Numbered from the stretch's first letter, positions 32,806 through 48,554 are shown. The stretch is 64,000 nucleotides of DNA from Myxococcota bacterium (GCA_041611735.1 JBFIML010000017.1:386-64385), one strand, 5' to 3'. Numbers and translations: made by a program. Notes: a model not told the origin generated them from the letters alone.

Positions 32806-33810
32806 ATGTTCGAGAACGTCGAGGCGGTGGGGAAGCAGCTGGCCGAGCAGGGCTACATCGCCAGCAAGAACATCGCCACCGTGGTCTACCTGGCCGCCCA
32901 GCTCGAGAAGCCGGTGCTGGTGGAGGGGCCGGCGGGCGTCGGCAAGACCGAGCTCGCCAAGGTGGTGGCCGGGGCCACCGGCCGGCCGCTGGTGCGTCTG
33001 CAGTGCTACGAGGGGCTCGACGAGGCCAAGGCCCTCTACGAGTGGGAGTACTCCAAGCAGCTCCTGTACACGCAGATCCTCAAGGAGAAGCTCGCCGAGG
33101 TGATGGCCGATGCCAGCAGCCTGCGGGACGCCGCCGACCGGGTGGGGGCCGAGGACAGCGTCTTCTTCTCGGAGCGCTTCATCGTCCCGCGTCCGCTGCT
33201 GCACGCCATCACGCGGGAGGAGCCCGCCGTGCTGCTGGTGGACGAGGTGGACAAGTCGGACCCCGAGTTCGAGGCGTTCTTGCTCGAGGTGCTCTCCGAC
33301 TTCCAGGTGACGGTGCCGGAGATCGGCACCGTGAAGGCCCGGCACCGGCCGCTCGTCTTCCTCACCTCCAATGACGCCCGGGAGATGAGCGACGCATTGA
33401 AGCGCCGCTGCCTGCACCTGTGGATCGACTTCCCCACCGAGGAGCTCGAGCTCGCCATCCTCGACAAGAAGGTGCCGGACATCGACCGGCGCCTGGCCAG
33501 CCAGGTCGTGCAGGCCATGCAGCGCCTGCGCCAGCTCGACCTCAAGAAGTCGCCGTCCATCAGCGAGACCATCGATTGGGCGCGGGCGCTGCTCACCCTG
33601 AACGCCTCGACCCTGGACGAAAGCGTGGTGCGCGACACCCTGAACGTGATCCTCAAGTACGAGGGAGACATCCGGAAGGCCCAGGCGGAGCTGGCCAAGC
33701 TGCTCGAGCGTCGGCCCGAGCCGGAGCCCGAAGCCGAGCCCGAGGCGTCCGCCGAGACCCCCGCCGCCCCGGTGGCGGCGGGCGCGCGCAAGAAGGGGAT
33801 CCTGCACTAG
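32806..33810 (+). CDS. MoxR-family AAA+ ATPase (CoxD-like)
   Basis: EGPAGVGKT, LQCYEGLD, YEWEY, DEVDK, LKRRCL, SISETIDW. Confidence 0.93.
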   Translation: MFENVEAVGKQLAEQGYIASKNIATVVYLAAQLEKPVLVEGPAGVGKTELAKVVAGATGRPLVRLQCYEGLDEAKALYEWEYSKQLLYTQILKEKLAEVMADASSLRDAADRVGAEDSVFFSERFIVPRPLLHAITREEPAVLLVDEVDKSDPEFEAFLLEVLSDFQVTVPEIGTVKARHRPLVFLTSNDAREMSDALKRRCLHLWIDFPTEELELAILDKKVPDIDRRLASQVVQAMQRLRQLDLKKSPSISETIDWARALLTLNASTLDESVVRDTLNVILKYEGDIRKAQAELAKLLERRPEPEPEAEPEASAETPAAPVAAGARKKGILH

Positions 33811-33824
33811 ATCGGCCCGCGCCC

Positions 33825-35246
33825 ATGCAGAAGAAGGTCATCGAATTCACGAACCTGCTGCGCCAGAGCGGCATCCGCGTCTCGGTCGCCGAGTCGATCG
33901 ACGCCTTCCGGGCGCTGGACGAGCTCTCCGTGGGCGATCGCGAGGTGTTCCGCAGCGCCCTGCGCACCACGCTGGTCAAGCGCAACGAGGACATCGCCGC
34001 CTACGACCAGATCTTCGACCTCTACTGGTCGGGCTTCTACGAAAACCTGCGCGAGAGCTTCGAGCGCGCCACCCGGGCGCTCGGCGAGCAGGGCATCGAC
34101 CTCGACGCCCTGCTGGAACGCATCCGCGAGCAGCTCGCCGCAGGCGAGCTGGAGGAGAGCGAGCTCTCGGACCTGGCCCGGGCCCTGCTCACGGCGGACC
34201 TGGCACGGCTCGAGCAGCTGATCCGGGAGGCGGCCCGGCAGGGTGGCGTCGCCCGCATCGAGAACCTGCTGCAGATCGGCTTCTTCAGCCGCCGAACCCT
34301 CGAGGCGCTCAACGCCGAGGGCGCCGCCCAGGAGCTGCGCGACCTGGCGGCCCGGCTGCGGGCCGGCGGCATGCCGGATGCCCAGGCCGACGCCCTCGGC
34401 CGCCTCGCCGACGAGTTCCTGGAAGCCTTGCGGCGCAGCGTGCGGGCTCTGACCGAACGCGAGCTCCAGACCCGCAACTTCGAGTATCTGGAGCGCTTCC
34501 GGCGCGAGTCGCTACTCGAGCGGAGCTTCTACAGCCTGACCGAGGACGAGGTGCGGCGTATGCGCGAGGTGGTGGCGCGCCTGGCGCAGCGCATCAAGAA
34601 CGTGCTCTCGATCCGCAAACGGCGGCTCAAGCGGGGCAAGCTGGATCTCCACGCCATGCTGCGTCGCAACATGGCGCACGGGGGGGTGCCCTTCGAGCTG
34701 ATCTTCAAGGATCGGCGCAAGGACCGGCCCAAGCTCCTGATCCTGTGCGACGTCTCCTCCTCCGTAGCCAACGTATCGCGCTTCATGCTCCAGTTCGTGT
34801 ACAGCCTCCAGGAGGCCTTCACGAAGATCCGCTCCTTCGTCTTCGTGGCAGAGCTCGGCGAGGTCACCCAGGTCTTCAAGGACCACGAGGTGAACGAGGC
34901 CATCGACCAGGCCCTCGAGGGGGGCGGGACGATCAATGTCTACACGCGCTCCAACTTCGGCTACGCCTTCCACAGCTTCTGGCTGAGCCACCTCTCGGCC
35001 GTCGACAACAAGACGACCGTGCTGATCCTGGGCGACGCGCGCAGCAACTACAACGACCCGAAGGCTTGGTGCCTGCGCGACATCCACGCCAAGGCCAAGA
35101 ACGTGGTCTGGCTGAACCCCGAGACGCCGAGCGCCTGGGGCTTCGGGGACAGCGTCATGAACCGCTATCTGCCGTACTGCGACGTGGCCGAGGAGTGCCG
35201 CAACCTCCGGCAGCTCTCCCAGATCGTCGACCGCCTGGTGCTCTGA
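33825..35246 (+). CDS. VWA-domain protein (CoxE-like)
   Basis: LRQSGIRVS N-terminus, CDVSSS MIDAS, GDARSNY, WLNPE, WGFGDS, CRNL. Confidence 0.92.
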   Translation: MQKKVIEFTNLLRQSGIRVSVAESIDAFRALDELSVGDREVFRSALRTTLVKRNEDIAAYDQIFDLYWSGFYENLRESFERATRALGEQGIDLDALLERIREQLAAGELEESELSDLARALLTADLARLEQLIREAARQGGVARIENLLQIGFFSRRTLEALNAEGAAQELRDLAARLRAGGMPDAQADALGRLADEFLEALRRSVRALTERELQTRNFEYLERFRRESLLERSFYSLTEDEVRRMREVVARLAQRIKNVLSIRKRRLKRGKLDLHAMLRRNMAHGGVPFELIFKDRRKDRPKLLILCDVSSSVANVSRFMLQFVYSLQEAFTKIRSFVFVAELGEVTQVFKDHEVNEAIDQALEGGGTINVYTRSNFGYAFHSFWLSHLSAVDNKTTVLILGDARSNYNDPKAWCLRDIHAKAKNVVWLNPETPSAWGFGDSVMNRYLPYCDVAEECRNLRQLSQIVDRLVL

Positions 35247-35251
35247 GGGGG

Positions 35252-35285
35252 AAAAAAGAACGCCCCGCCGGGGGGCGGGGCGTTC
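35252..35285 (-). terminator. intrinsic terminator facing the minus strand
   Basis: 12-bp stem GAACGCCCCGCC/GGCGGGGCGTTC with 4-nt loop; U6 tract only on the minus strand. Confidence 0.85.
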
Positions 35286-35445
35286 CACAGGGGGAGGGCG
35301 GTGGATAGATGATGGGGGGTGAGAGGTTGGACATTTCTTTTGGGAAATGTCTTATCCACCGCCGCTCCAAAACCGCCGTAGAAACCTTTTCTCGGGCTAG
35401 CGGAGCGCCGGTCGTCAGCCGCCTTTCGAACCCCCAGCCGACGAC
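35252..35445 (-). ncRNA. candidate structured small RNA (~194 nt), family not recognised
   Basis: Bounded by TTGACA/CATAAT promoter and terminator; three further stems, first with G-U pairs only on the minus strand; no ORF fits inside. Confidence 0.7.
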
Positions 35446-35451
35446 AGCCGG

Positions 35452-35481
35452 ATTATGCCCGGGCATGACAAAACTTGTCAA
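35452..35481 (-). promoter_or_regulatory. near-consensus sigma70 promoter of the candidate sRNA
   Basis: TTGACA (35481-35476)-N18-CATAAT (35457-35452). Confidence 0.75.
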
Positions 35482-35609
35482 ACACTATTTCGGGCCTGGG
35501 GCGGCGCCACCGCGCGGCGGAGCGGGGATGGTGGTTTCCCGGGGGGATGCGGCGCCTGGGGCCCCCTGAGCCCCCCGGTCGGGTACCGTTCGGCTCCCGG
35601 GAGGCCCGC

Positions 35610-37034
35610 GTGGAGCGATCCCGCCACTTCTTCATCCGCACCTTCGGGTGCCAGATGAACGTGCACGACTCCGAGAAGGTGGCGAACCTTCTGCATCATC
35701 TGGACTACCGCCCGGCCGGGGCGGCGGACGACGCGGACCTGCTGGTCGTCAACACCTGCTCGATCCGGGAGAAGGCCGAGCACCGCCTCTACAGCGACCT
35801 CGGCACCCTGCGGGCCTGGAAGGCGGGGCGTCCGGGCCGCCTGCTGGGCGTCGGAGGCTGCGTCGCCCAGCAGGAGGGCGACGGCATCCTGCGCCGCTTC
35901 CCCCAGGTGGACTTCGTCTTCGGCACCCACAACCTGCGCTGGCTGCCGGAGATCCTGGCCGCCGCCGAAGCCGGGGCGCGCCCGTCCCGCATCGAGGAGT
36001 CCCGCTCCCTGGAGCGCTTCGACCTGCCCGGGCGTCACCCCGCCTTCGCGGGGAGTCAGCCCGGCCGGGCCTACGTGACGGTGATGGAAGGCTGCGACCT
36101 GTTCTGCTCCTTCTGCATCGTGCCCCTCACCCGCGGACGCGAGATCAGCCGACCCGCGGCGGCGATCGTCCGCGAAGTCGAGGGCCTCGTGGCGCGCGGG
36201 GTGCGCGAGATCACCCTGCTCGGCCAGACGGTCAACGCCTACGGCCGTCACGACGCGCGCCGCGGTGGTACGGACGCGGCGGGGACGCTGCCCTTCGCCG
36301 CGCTGCTGCGGCGGCTCGACGCGGTCCCCGGCCTGCGCCGCCTGCGCTACACCAGTCCGCATCCGCTCTTCTTCGACGACGACCTGGTCGCCTGTCACGC
36401 CGAGCTTCGGTCGCTGTGTCCGCACGTGCACCTTCCGGCCCAGAGCGGCTCCGATGCGGTCCTGGCCCGCATGCGGCGCCGCTACCCGGCCGACCAGCTG
36501 CGCCGGGTGGCCGACCGGCTGCGCGCGGCGCGACCCGACGTGGCCCTCACCACCGACCTGATCGTGGGATTCCCGGGCGAGAGCGACGCCGACTTCCAGG
36601 CCACCCTCGCCCTGGTACGAGAGGTCGGCTTCGTGGACGCCTACAGCTTCAAGTTCTCGCCGCGCCCCGGCACCCGGGCGGCGGACCTGGCGGATCCCGT
36701 GCCGCCCTCCGTGTCCCAGGCGCGCCTGGAGGAGCTCCAGGCCCTCCAGCGTGGCCTCACCCTGGCGGCGCACCGGGCGCGGGTGGGAAGCACCACGGAG
36801 GTGCAGATCCACGGGCCGAGCCGCCAAGGATCGGGCCAGCTGACGGGGCGCGACCCCTACCACCGGGTCGTGAACCTGGCCGCCGGCCCGGCGCCGGCCC
36901 CGGCGCCCGGGGACTTCCTCCGGGTCCGGCTGGTGGAGGCCACCCCCCACTCCCTGATCGGCGCACCCGCCCAGCCGCCCCGTCCCCGCTCCTCGCCCGA
37001 AAGCGTTGAAGCCACGCCCGCTTTCGGCCGATAG
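35610..37034 (+). CDS. miaB: tRNA-2-methylthio-N6-isopentenyladenosine synthase
   Basis: TFGCQMNVHDSE, NTCSIREKAE, CDLFCSFC radical SAM motif, IVGFPGE, TRAM tail. Confidence 0.96.
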   Translation: MERSRHFFIRTFGCQMNVHDSEKVANLLHHLDYRPAGAADDADLLVVNTCSIREKAEHRLYSDLGTLRAWKAGRPGRLLGVGGCVAQQEGDGILRRFPQVDFVFGTHNLRWLPEILAAAEAGARPSRIEESRSLERFDLPGRHPAFAGSQPGRAYVTVMEGCDLFCSFCIVPLTRGREISRPAAAIVREVEGLVARGVREITLLGQTVNAYGRHDARRGGTDAAGTLPFAALLRRLDAVPGLRRLRYTSPHPLFFDDDLVACHAELRSLCPHVHLPAQSGSDAVLARMRRRYPADQLRRVADRLRAARPDVALTTDLIVGFPGESDADFQATLALVREVGFVDAYSFKFSPRPGTRAADLADPVPPSVSQARLEELQALQRGLTLAAHRARVGSTTEVQIHGPSRQGSGQLTGRDPYHRVVNLAAGPAPAPAPGDFLRVRLVEATPHSLIGAPAQPPRPRSSPESVEATPAFGR

Positions 37035-37151
37035 GGGACGCGACACGGGGCGTCCGCAGGGCGGGGGTCCATCCGCAACCGGCAACCCGGCGCGCAGCCG
37101 CCTCGAGCGGGCGGCGTTCCGGGCGTCGGACGCGGCGTGCGCGGAGGGGGG

Positions 37152-39005
37152 ATGGCCAGGGCCCGGATCCTCGCGATCGACGACCAGCGCTACTTCCGCA
37201 GCTTCGTGGAGGATCTGCTCAGCGCGGAAGGCTTCTCGGTGAGCACGGCCACGAGCGCCGACGAAGCGCTGCATCTGCTCGAGCGCGAACGCTTCGACGT
37301 GGTGCTCACGGATCTCGTCATGCCCGGGATGGCCGGCGGCGAGTTCGTGGAGCGCGTGAAGGAGAGCTGGCCCGAGCAGGACGTGATCGTGGTGACCGGG
37401 GTCGGCGACGTGCGCACCGCCGTGGACGCCATGCGCCGGGGAGCCACCGACTACGTGCTCAAGCCGGTGGATCGAACCGAGCTGACGCGCGCCCTGGAGG
37501 CGATCCTGCAACGGCGACGCCTGCGCCAGGAGCGCGGCCGGCTGCTGGCGGAGAACCTCGAGTATCTCGGCGCGCTCTCCATCTACGAGCGCGCGCTCGG
37601 CTTCCTCTCGACGCTCTCCCTGGAGCCACTCGGGGATCGCGTGGTCGAGGGCCTGTGTCTCGAGACGCACGCCCAGGGCGGTGTGATCTGGCTGGCCCGG
37701 GCCGAGGATCCGGAGCGCTGCCGGCTCGTGGCGGCGCGCGGCCTGGTGCGGGTGGAGCAGGAGCCCGAGGAGATCGATCTCGAGCGCCTGCCTCCCGCGC
37801 TCGAGCCATTGCGCACACCCGACGCCGCCCCCTTCGAGGCCGCCCCCGACGGCGCCACCAGTACCGCGGGTGAGGGCGCGGCCCTCTTCGTGCCCCTGCG
37901 TCATGCGGGGCTGCTGCTCGGGTTCGCCCGCCTCACGGACAAGCTCGCCGGCGCCACCTTCGACGCCCGCGACCGGGCGGTGGCGGAGCGCCTGGCCGAG
38001 CCCGCGGCCATCGCGGCGGCCAACGCCCGCCGCCATCGGGCACTGGAGAAGCGAACCTTCCGGGACCCGACCACCAAGGCCTACACCTGGGCCTACTTCG
38101 AGGACGTGCTGCGCAACGAGATCGAGAAGGCGAGCCGCTTCGCCCGCGGACTCTCGCTCCTGCACCTGGAGCTGGAGGGGCTGTCGACCTTGCGTCCCCG
38201 CTTCGCGGACGCCGCGCTCGCCCGCTGGCTGGAGACTCTGATCGGACGTCTGGTCTCGTTGCTGCGCGCCTCGGACCTGCTGGCCCAGGAGAGCGAGAGC
38301 CGCTACGCGCTGCTGCTGCCCGAGACGGACGCGATCGGCGCCGCGGTGCTCAAGCGCCGCCTGCGCGACGTGCTGCTCCAGAGCGAGCTGCTCCGCCCGG
38401 GCCGCGGCGAGGAGCCCATCGGCCTGCGTCTCGCCACCGCCACCTACCCCGTGGATGGCACCCAGCCGGAGGCCCTGGAGCGGACCCTGACGGCGCGGCT
38501 CGCTGCCGACCGCCACGGCCGCATCGAGCGCCTGGGCCTGGAGGGACGCTCCTTCTCCGAGGCCCTCGAGACGCTCGCCGGCGAGGGAGCGCCACTGCCG
38601 GTGGACGCGGTGGAGCAGATCTTCCGCTTCGTGCTCGACGACGCGGATCGCCGGGCCCGCGAGCGCGGAGTCCTGTGCGTGGCGCCGGGGGCCACCCGCC
38701 TCGGGCTGGTGCGCGACGCCTTGGCCCGCTTCGATCCGGCCAGCACGCGGACCGAGCTGGTGCTGGTGGGGGAGGGGGCCCTGGATGCCCTGGCGGGCAC
38801 CGCGGTGGCGTGCGTGTCGCCGCGACGGGCGCGCACCGAGCGGCCCTTCCTGGTCTACTACGCCGAGGGCCCCGCCTACGCCCTGGTCGCGGACCCGGAG
38901 CCGAGCGGGCCCGAGGTGCGCGTGTTCCACGACTCGGACCGGGTGCTGGTCGAGCACCTGGCCTTCCAGCTCCAGCGGGATCTCGGCATCCCGGTGGGGC
39001 GGTAG
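37152..39005 (+). CDS. response regulator: REC-GAF-degenerate GGDEF-uncharacterised C-domain
   Basis: Intact receiver (IDD, LTDLVMP, LKP); GAF-like segment; RDPTT..Y start of GGDEF fold with RASDLLAQESESRY in place of RxxD...GGDEF. Confidence 0.85.
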   Translation: MARARILAIDDQRYFRSFVEDLLSAEGFSVSTATSADEALHLLERERFDVVLTDLVMPGMAGGEFVERVKESWPEQDVIVVTGVGDVRTAVDAMRRGATDYVLKPVDRTELTRALEAILQRRRLRQERGRLLAENLEYLGALSIYERALGFLSTLSLEPLGDRVVEGLCLETHAQGGVIWLARAEDPERCRLVAARGLVRVEQEPEEIDLERLPPALEPLRTPDAAPFEAAPDGATSTAGEGAALFVPLRHAGLLLGFARLTDKLAGATFDARDRAVAERLAEPAAIAAANARRHRALEKRTFRDPTTKAYTWAYFEDVLRNEIEKASRFARGLSLLHLELEGLSTLRPRFADAALARWLETLIGRLVSLLRASDLLAQESESRYALLLPETDAIGAAVLKRRLRDVLLQSELLRPGRGEEPIGLRLATATYPVDGTQPEALERTLTARLAADRHGRIERLGLEGRSFSEALETLAGEGAPLPVDAVEQIFRFVLDDADRRARERGVLCVAPGATRLGLVRDALARFDPASTRTELVLVGEGALDALAGTAVACVSPRRARTERPFLVYYAEGPAYALVADPEPSGPEVRVFHDSDRVLVEHLAFQLQRDLGIPVGR

Positions 39006-39018
39006 CCCGGAGGGCGCC

Positions 39019-40559
39019 GTGAGCGCACTGGTGCTGATCGCCGACGCCGACGCCTCGCGCGCCGGGTTGCTCGGCCAGGCCTGCGCCCTGCGGGGCCTGG
39101 CCTCCCGGGTCGTGCCCAACGGGGCCGAGGCGCTCGACTCGGCCCTCACCGAGGTGCCCGACGTGCTGGTTGCCTCCGGCGAGCTCGACCTGATTCCCGT
39201 GCGCCGGCTCGCGGAGATCCTGCACGCGAATCCGCGCACCCAGCACGTGCCGCTCCTGCTGGTCGGCGCCGCCGAGGGCGAGGAGCCGGACGCCGACACC
39301 TGGAACGGCGAGCGGCTCGCTGCCGGCTTCGCGCCGGACGAGGTGGCCCAGCGGCTCGAGGGGCTCGTGGCCCGCAGCGCCCGCCTGGACGCCCTGGAGC
39401 GCCAGGCCGAGGCGGACCAGGAGGTGCACGGCCGCCTCACCCAGATCCCGCTGCCCGACCTGCTTCAGCTCTTCCACATGAACCGCCGCACCGGGACGAT
39501 CACACTGCGCCGGCGCACGGCGGACGGGCGCGAGGAGCGCGGCCGCATCCACCTGCGCGACGGGGAGGTGGTGCAGGCCATGATCGGGCCGGTGGCGGCG
39601 GAGAAGGCCATCTTCCGCCTGCTCGCCTGGAGCGACGGCGCCTTCACCTTCCGTCCCGAGCCGATCCGCCTGAGCGCGCGGATCGCGACCCCGACACGCG
39701 CGCTCCTGATGGAGGCGCTGCGCCAGATGGACGAGTGGAAGGAGCTCGGACCCCGGCTCCCGCCGCTCGATGCCGAGGTGAGCTTGCGCGTGCGCCGCAC
39801 CGAGCTGCCCAGCGTGGTGCATCCGGTGACCCAGGAGGTGCTGCTGCTGCTCGAGATCTACACGCGGGTGCGCGACATCGTGGACCACTCCTCCTCGCCC
39901 GACTACCAGGTGCTGCGCACCCTCCAGACGCTCCGGGAGCGCGGGCTGGTGGAGGTCCGCAAACGAGCCCGCAACCGCAGCCCGGACTCCGGCCTCTTCA
40001 CGCGGGTCCAGATCCGCCGCCTGCGCGAATGGTTCGCCCCGATCGGACGCGAGCCCGGCCCCCTGCGCGACGCCAAGCTGCTGGTCGCCGCGTCCGACGC
40101 GGAGGCCACCCGCGAGCTCCTGCGCCTGCTGGCGGGCCTGCCCGGCGTGGAGCTCGAGGGCCGCTTTGCCAGCGGCCGCTTCGGGGCGAACGACCTCGGG
40201 CGCATGGGCCGCCTGCGCCTCGACGCGGAGCTCGGCATCGAGCTGGTGCACGTGCCCACGGCGGCGATGGCCGCTCCGCTCTGGCCCCTGGCGGCCCACG
40301 GGGCGCTGGCCACGCTCGTCCTGCTGGCCGGAGACCCGGCCGCGGCGGAGGCGTCCGTGGCCCCTCTGGTGGAGGCGGTCCGGGCCCGGCCGCGGGCGCG
40401 CCTGCTGCCGGTGCGGCTGGTCCCGGCGGGCGAGTCCACGGCGGACGAGACCACGGTGCCGATCGTGCGTCCCGAGGAGGGTGCGCCGCTGCTGCTTCCG
40501 CTCGGGGCAGGCCGCGAATCCACCCTGGCGCTGCGCAGCCTGCTGGCGCGGTTGGTGCC

Positions 40560-40563
<4 letters not shown>
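39019..40563 (+). CDS. pseudo-receiver-DUF4388(PATAN-like) protein with degenerate small-GTPase-like C-terminus
   Basis: HGRLTQIPLPDLLQ..NRRTG, GRIHLRDGEV, W..GAFTF, LLMEALRQMDE; receiver lacks phospho-Asp. Confidence 0.8.
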
Positions 40564-42546
<1,983 letters not shown>

Positions 42547-42637
42547 GCTTCGGGCCAACGCCGCCTCCCCGCTTCGTCCGGCCCCCCTCCAGGCCGCAGG
42601 GCCGGCCTTGCGCCGGAGCAGGAGCGACCTCGACGGC

Positions 42638-44193
42638 ATGTCGACCGACAGTCATCGCGACCGGGTCCTGATCCTCGACTTCGGGTCCCAGTACACACAG
42701 CTCATCGCCCGCCGCATCCGCGAGCGCGGCGTCTACTGCGAGATCCAGGCCGCCAACCTCCCGCTGGACGCGATCCGCGCCTGGCGGCCGGCTGGCCTCG
42801 TGCTCTCCGGGGGCCCGGCCAGCGTGCTGGCCGAGGACGCTCCCGAGGCGGACCCGCGACTGCTCGAGATCGGCGTGCCGGTGCTCGCCATCTGCTACGG
42901 CCTGCAGTGGCTGGTGCAGCGCCTCGGCGGCGTGGTGGAGAAGGCGGAGGCGCGCGAGTACGGCCGCGCGCTGGTCAAGCTCGAGCGCGACGACCGGCTC
43001 TTCGAGGGACTCGGGGACCGGGCCGAACGCCTGGTCTGGATGAGCCACGGCGACCGCGTGCTGCGGCTGCCCGCGGGCTTCGTGGTGCTCGCCACCAGCG
43101 AGAGCTCGCCGTTTGCCGCCGTGCGCCACGCGGAGCGGCCGCTCTACGGGCTCCAGTTCCATCCGGAGGTGGTGCACACGGAGGGCGGAGAGCGCCTGCT
43201 CTCGAACTTCGTCCACGCCGTGTGCGGCTGCGATTCGTCCTGGAGCATGGAGGCCTTCGTGGAAGAGGCCGTGGCGAATGTGCGCAGCCAGGTGGGGCCG
43301 GAGAGCCGCGCGGTCTGCGGGCTCTCGGGCGGGGTGGATTCGTCGGTGGCCGCCGCCCTGGTGCACCGGGCCTTGGGTGACCGCCTGGTCTGCATCTTCG
43401 TCGACCACGGGCTGCTGCGGGAAGGCGAGCGCGAGGAGGTGGAGCGCGTGTTCGGCGAGGCGCTCCGGGTCCGGCTCGACGTGGTGGACGCCGCCGACCG
43501 CTTCCTGGCGGCCCTGGACGGCGTCACCGACCCGGAGGAAAAGCGCCGCCGCATCGGCCACCTGTTCATCGAGGTCTTCGAGGCCGAGGCGCAGCGGCTC
43601 GGCCGGGTCGACTACCTGGTCCAGGGAACCCTGTATCCGGATGTGATCGAGAGCGTCTCCGTGCGCGGCCCCTCGGCCACGATCAAGACCCACCACAACG
43701 TGGGCGGACTGCCCGAGCGCATGCGGCTGCGCCTGGTGGAGCCGTTGCGCGAGCTCTTCAAGGACGAGGTCCGCGAGGTGGGCCGCCAGCTCGGCCTGCC
43801 CGCCGGCGTGATCGGCAGGCACCCGTTCCCGGGCCCGGGCCTCGCCATCCGGGTCCTCGGCGAGGTCACGCGCTCGCGGCTCGCCACCCTGCGCCGCGCC
43901 GACGCCATCCTGATCGAGGAGATCCGCCGTGCGGCTCTCTACGACGCCATCTGGCAGGCGTTCGCGGTGCTCTTGCCGGTCCAGTCCGTGGGGGTGATGG
44001 GGGACGCGCGCACCTACGAGAACGTGGTCGCCCTGCGCTGCGTCACCTCCGTGGACGCCATGACGGCGGACTGGGCGCACATCCCCCCGGACGTGCTGGC
44101 GCGGATCTCGAACCGCATCACCAACGAGGTGCAGGGGGTGAATCGGGTCGTGTACGACGTCTCCTCCAAGCCACCCGCTACGATCGAGTGGGA

Positions 44194-44197
<4 letters not shown>
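42638..44197 (+). CDS. guaA: GMP synthase
   Basis: [47 protein letters not shown]. Confidence 0.98.
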
Positions 44198-47702
<3,505 letters not shown>

Positions 47703-47706
<4 letters not shown>

Positions 47707-48443
47707 GGAGCTGGCTCCGGCCCCTGCTCGCGCTCGCGTTCGGGGCGGGGCTCGACGGGGCGGGGGCAGCCCGGGCCGAGCTGGTGCGCCTCGAGGCCCT
47801 CGGCGCGGTGCCGGCCCGGGAGCGCGCGCCCGCGGGCACGTCGCTTCGACAGGCGGCGGTGCAGGCGGCGCTCGAGGAGGCGGTGCTGCGCAGCGCCCTG
47901 GCGCTCGTGGCAGGAGGCGACAGCCCGGAGCAGCGGGTCCGGGTGGCGCGCATCCTCGGGGACGATCCCTTCGTCTACACGGCGCGCTACCGGCTGCTGG
48001 AGGACCATGGGGAGCGGCCCAGGCTGCTCGTCTCGGATCCCCAGGCGGAGTGGGAGCACGTGGTGCGGGTGGAGGCCCAGGTGGAGCTCGATCGGGTGCG
48101 CGCGCGCCTGGCCGAGGCGGGCCTGCTGGCCGGACACCGGACGGTGGGGGTGCGGGTGGCGGTGGAGGGGGTGGACTCCTGGAGCCGCTATCGGTCCGTG
48201 CACGACGCCCTGGCGCGCGGCACCCGCGCGGTAAGGCCCCTGGAGTTCGGCCGCGGACGGGTGGTGTTCGAGGTGGAGACGGAGCGCGACGCGGCGGTCC
48301 TGCTCGAGGCCCTGCGCTCCGGCCTCCCAAGGGAGCTTCGGGTGGTTCCCCTGGCCCTGGGCGGCCTGGGCCTGCGGGTGCGTCTCGACGGCCCCGGCGG
48401 GGACGGGCGCGCTGCCTCCCCGCGCTCCGGACCCTCCTCCTGA
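47703..48443 (+). CDS. exported hypothetical protein (possibly FlgT-N/DUF2066-like)
   Basis: GTGA overlap with dnaE stop, signal-peptide-like N-terminus, AAVQAALEEAV helix pattern. Confidence 0.6.
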
Positions 48444-48503
48444 GCGACTGGGGGTTCCGGTCATTCCCCCTCGGGGACAAACGCCTGGAAGACCCCGGCG
48501 CGA

Positions 48504-48532
48504 TTGACACCCCGCGCCGAAAACGGTATCGA
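48504..48532 (+). promoter_or_regulatory. putative sigma70 promoter of tRNA-Val-thrS
   Basis: TTGACA-N17-TATCGA about 22 nt before the tRNA. Confidence 0.6.
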
Positions 48533-48554
48533 CTGCGCGAGGTTAGCAGCTTTC

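Noticed and set aside
33712-33750. Short tandem repeats (ccgagc/ccggag)
   Set aside because: Encode a PEPEPEAEPE low-complexity linker; not CRISPR or a mobile repeat
35282-35363. DnaA-box-like words (TTATCCACC, inverted CTATCCACC, TTCCACAG) suggesting oriC
   Set aside because: All are imperfect, two are the arms of one RNA stem, and there is no AT-rich unwinding element or dnaA/dnaN nearby; the promoter-terminator unit explains them better
35252-35445. 6S RNA or Pxr identity for the candidate sRNA
   Set aside because: Length fits 6S but the 5' and 3' ends form separate local hairpins rather than one rod; the promoter is sigma70-like, not the sigma54 type known for Pxr; not fully excluded without Rfam
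35155-35658. Short ORFs across the VWA-miaB gap and the long N-terminal extension of miaB from 35475
   Set aside because: No recognisable motifs; they cross the terminator or promoter; MiaB homology starts near 35610
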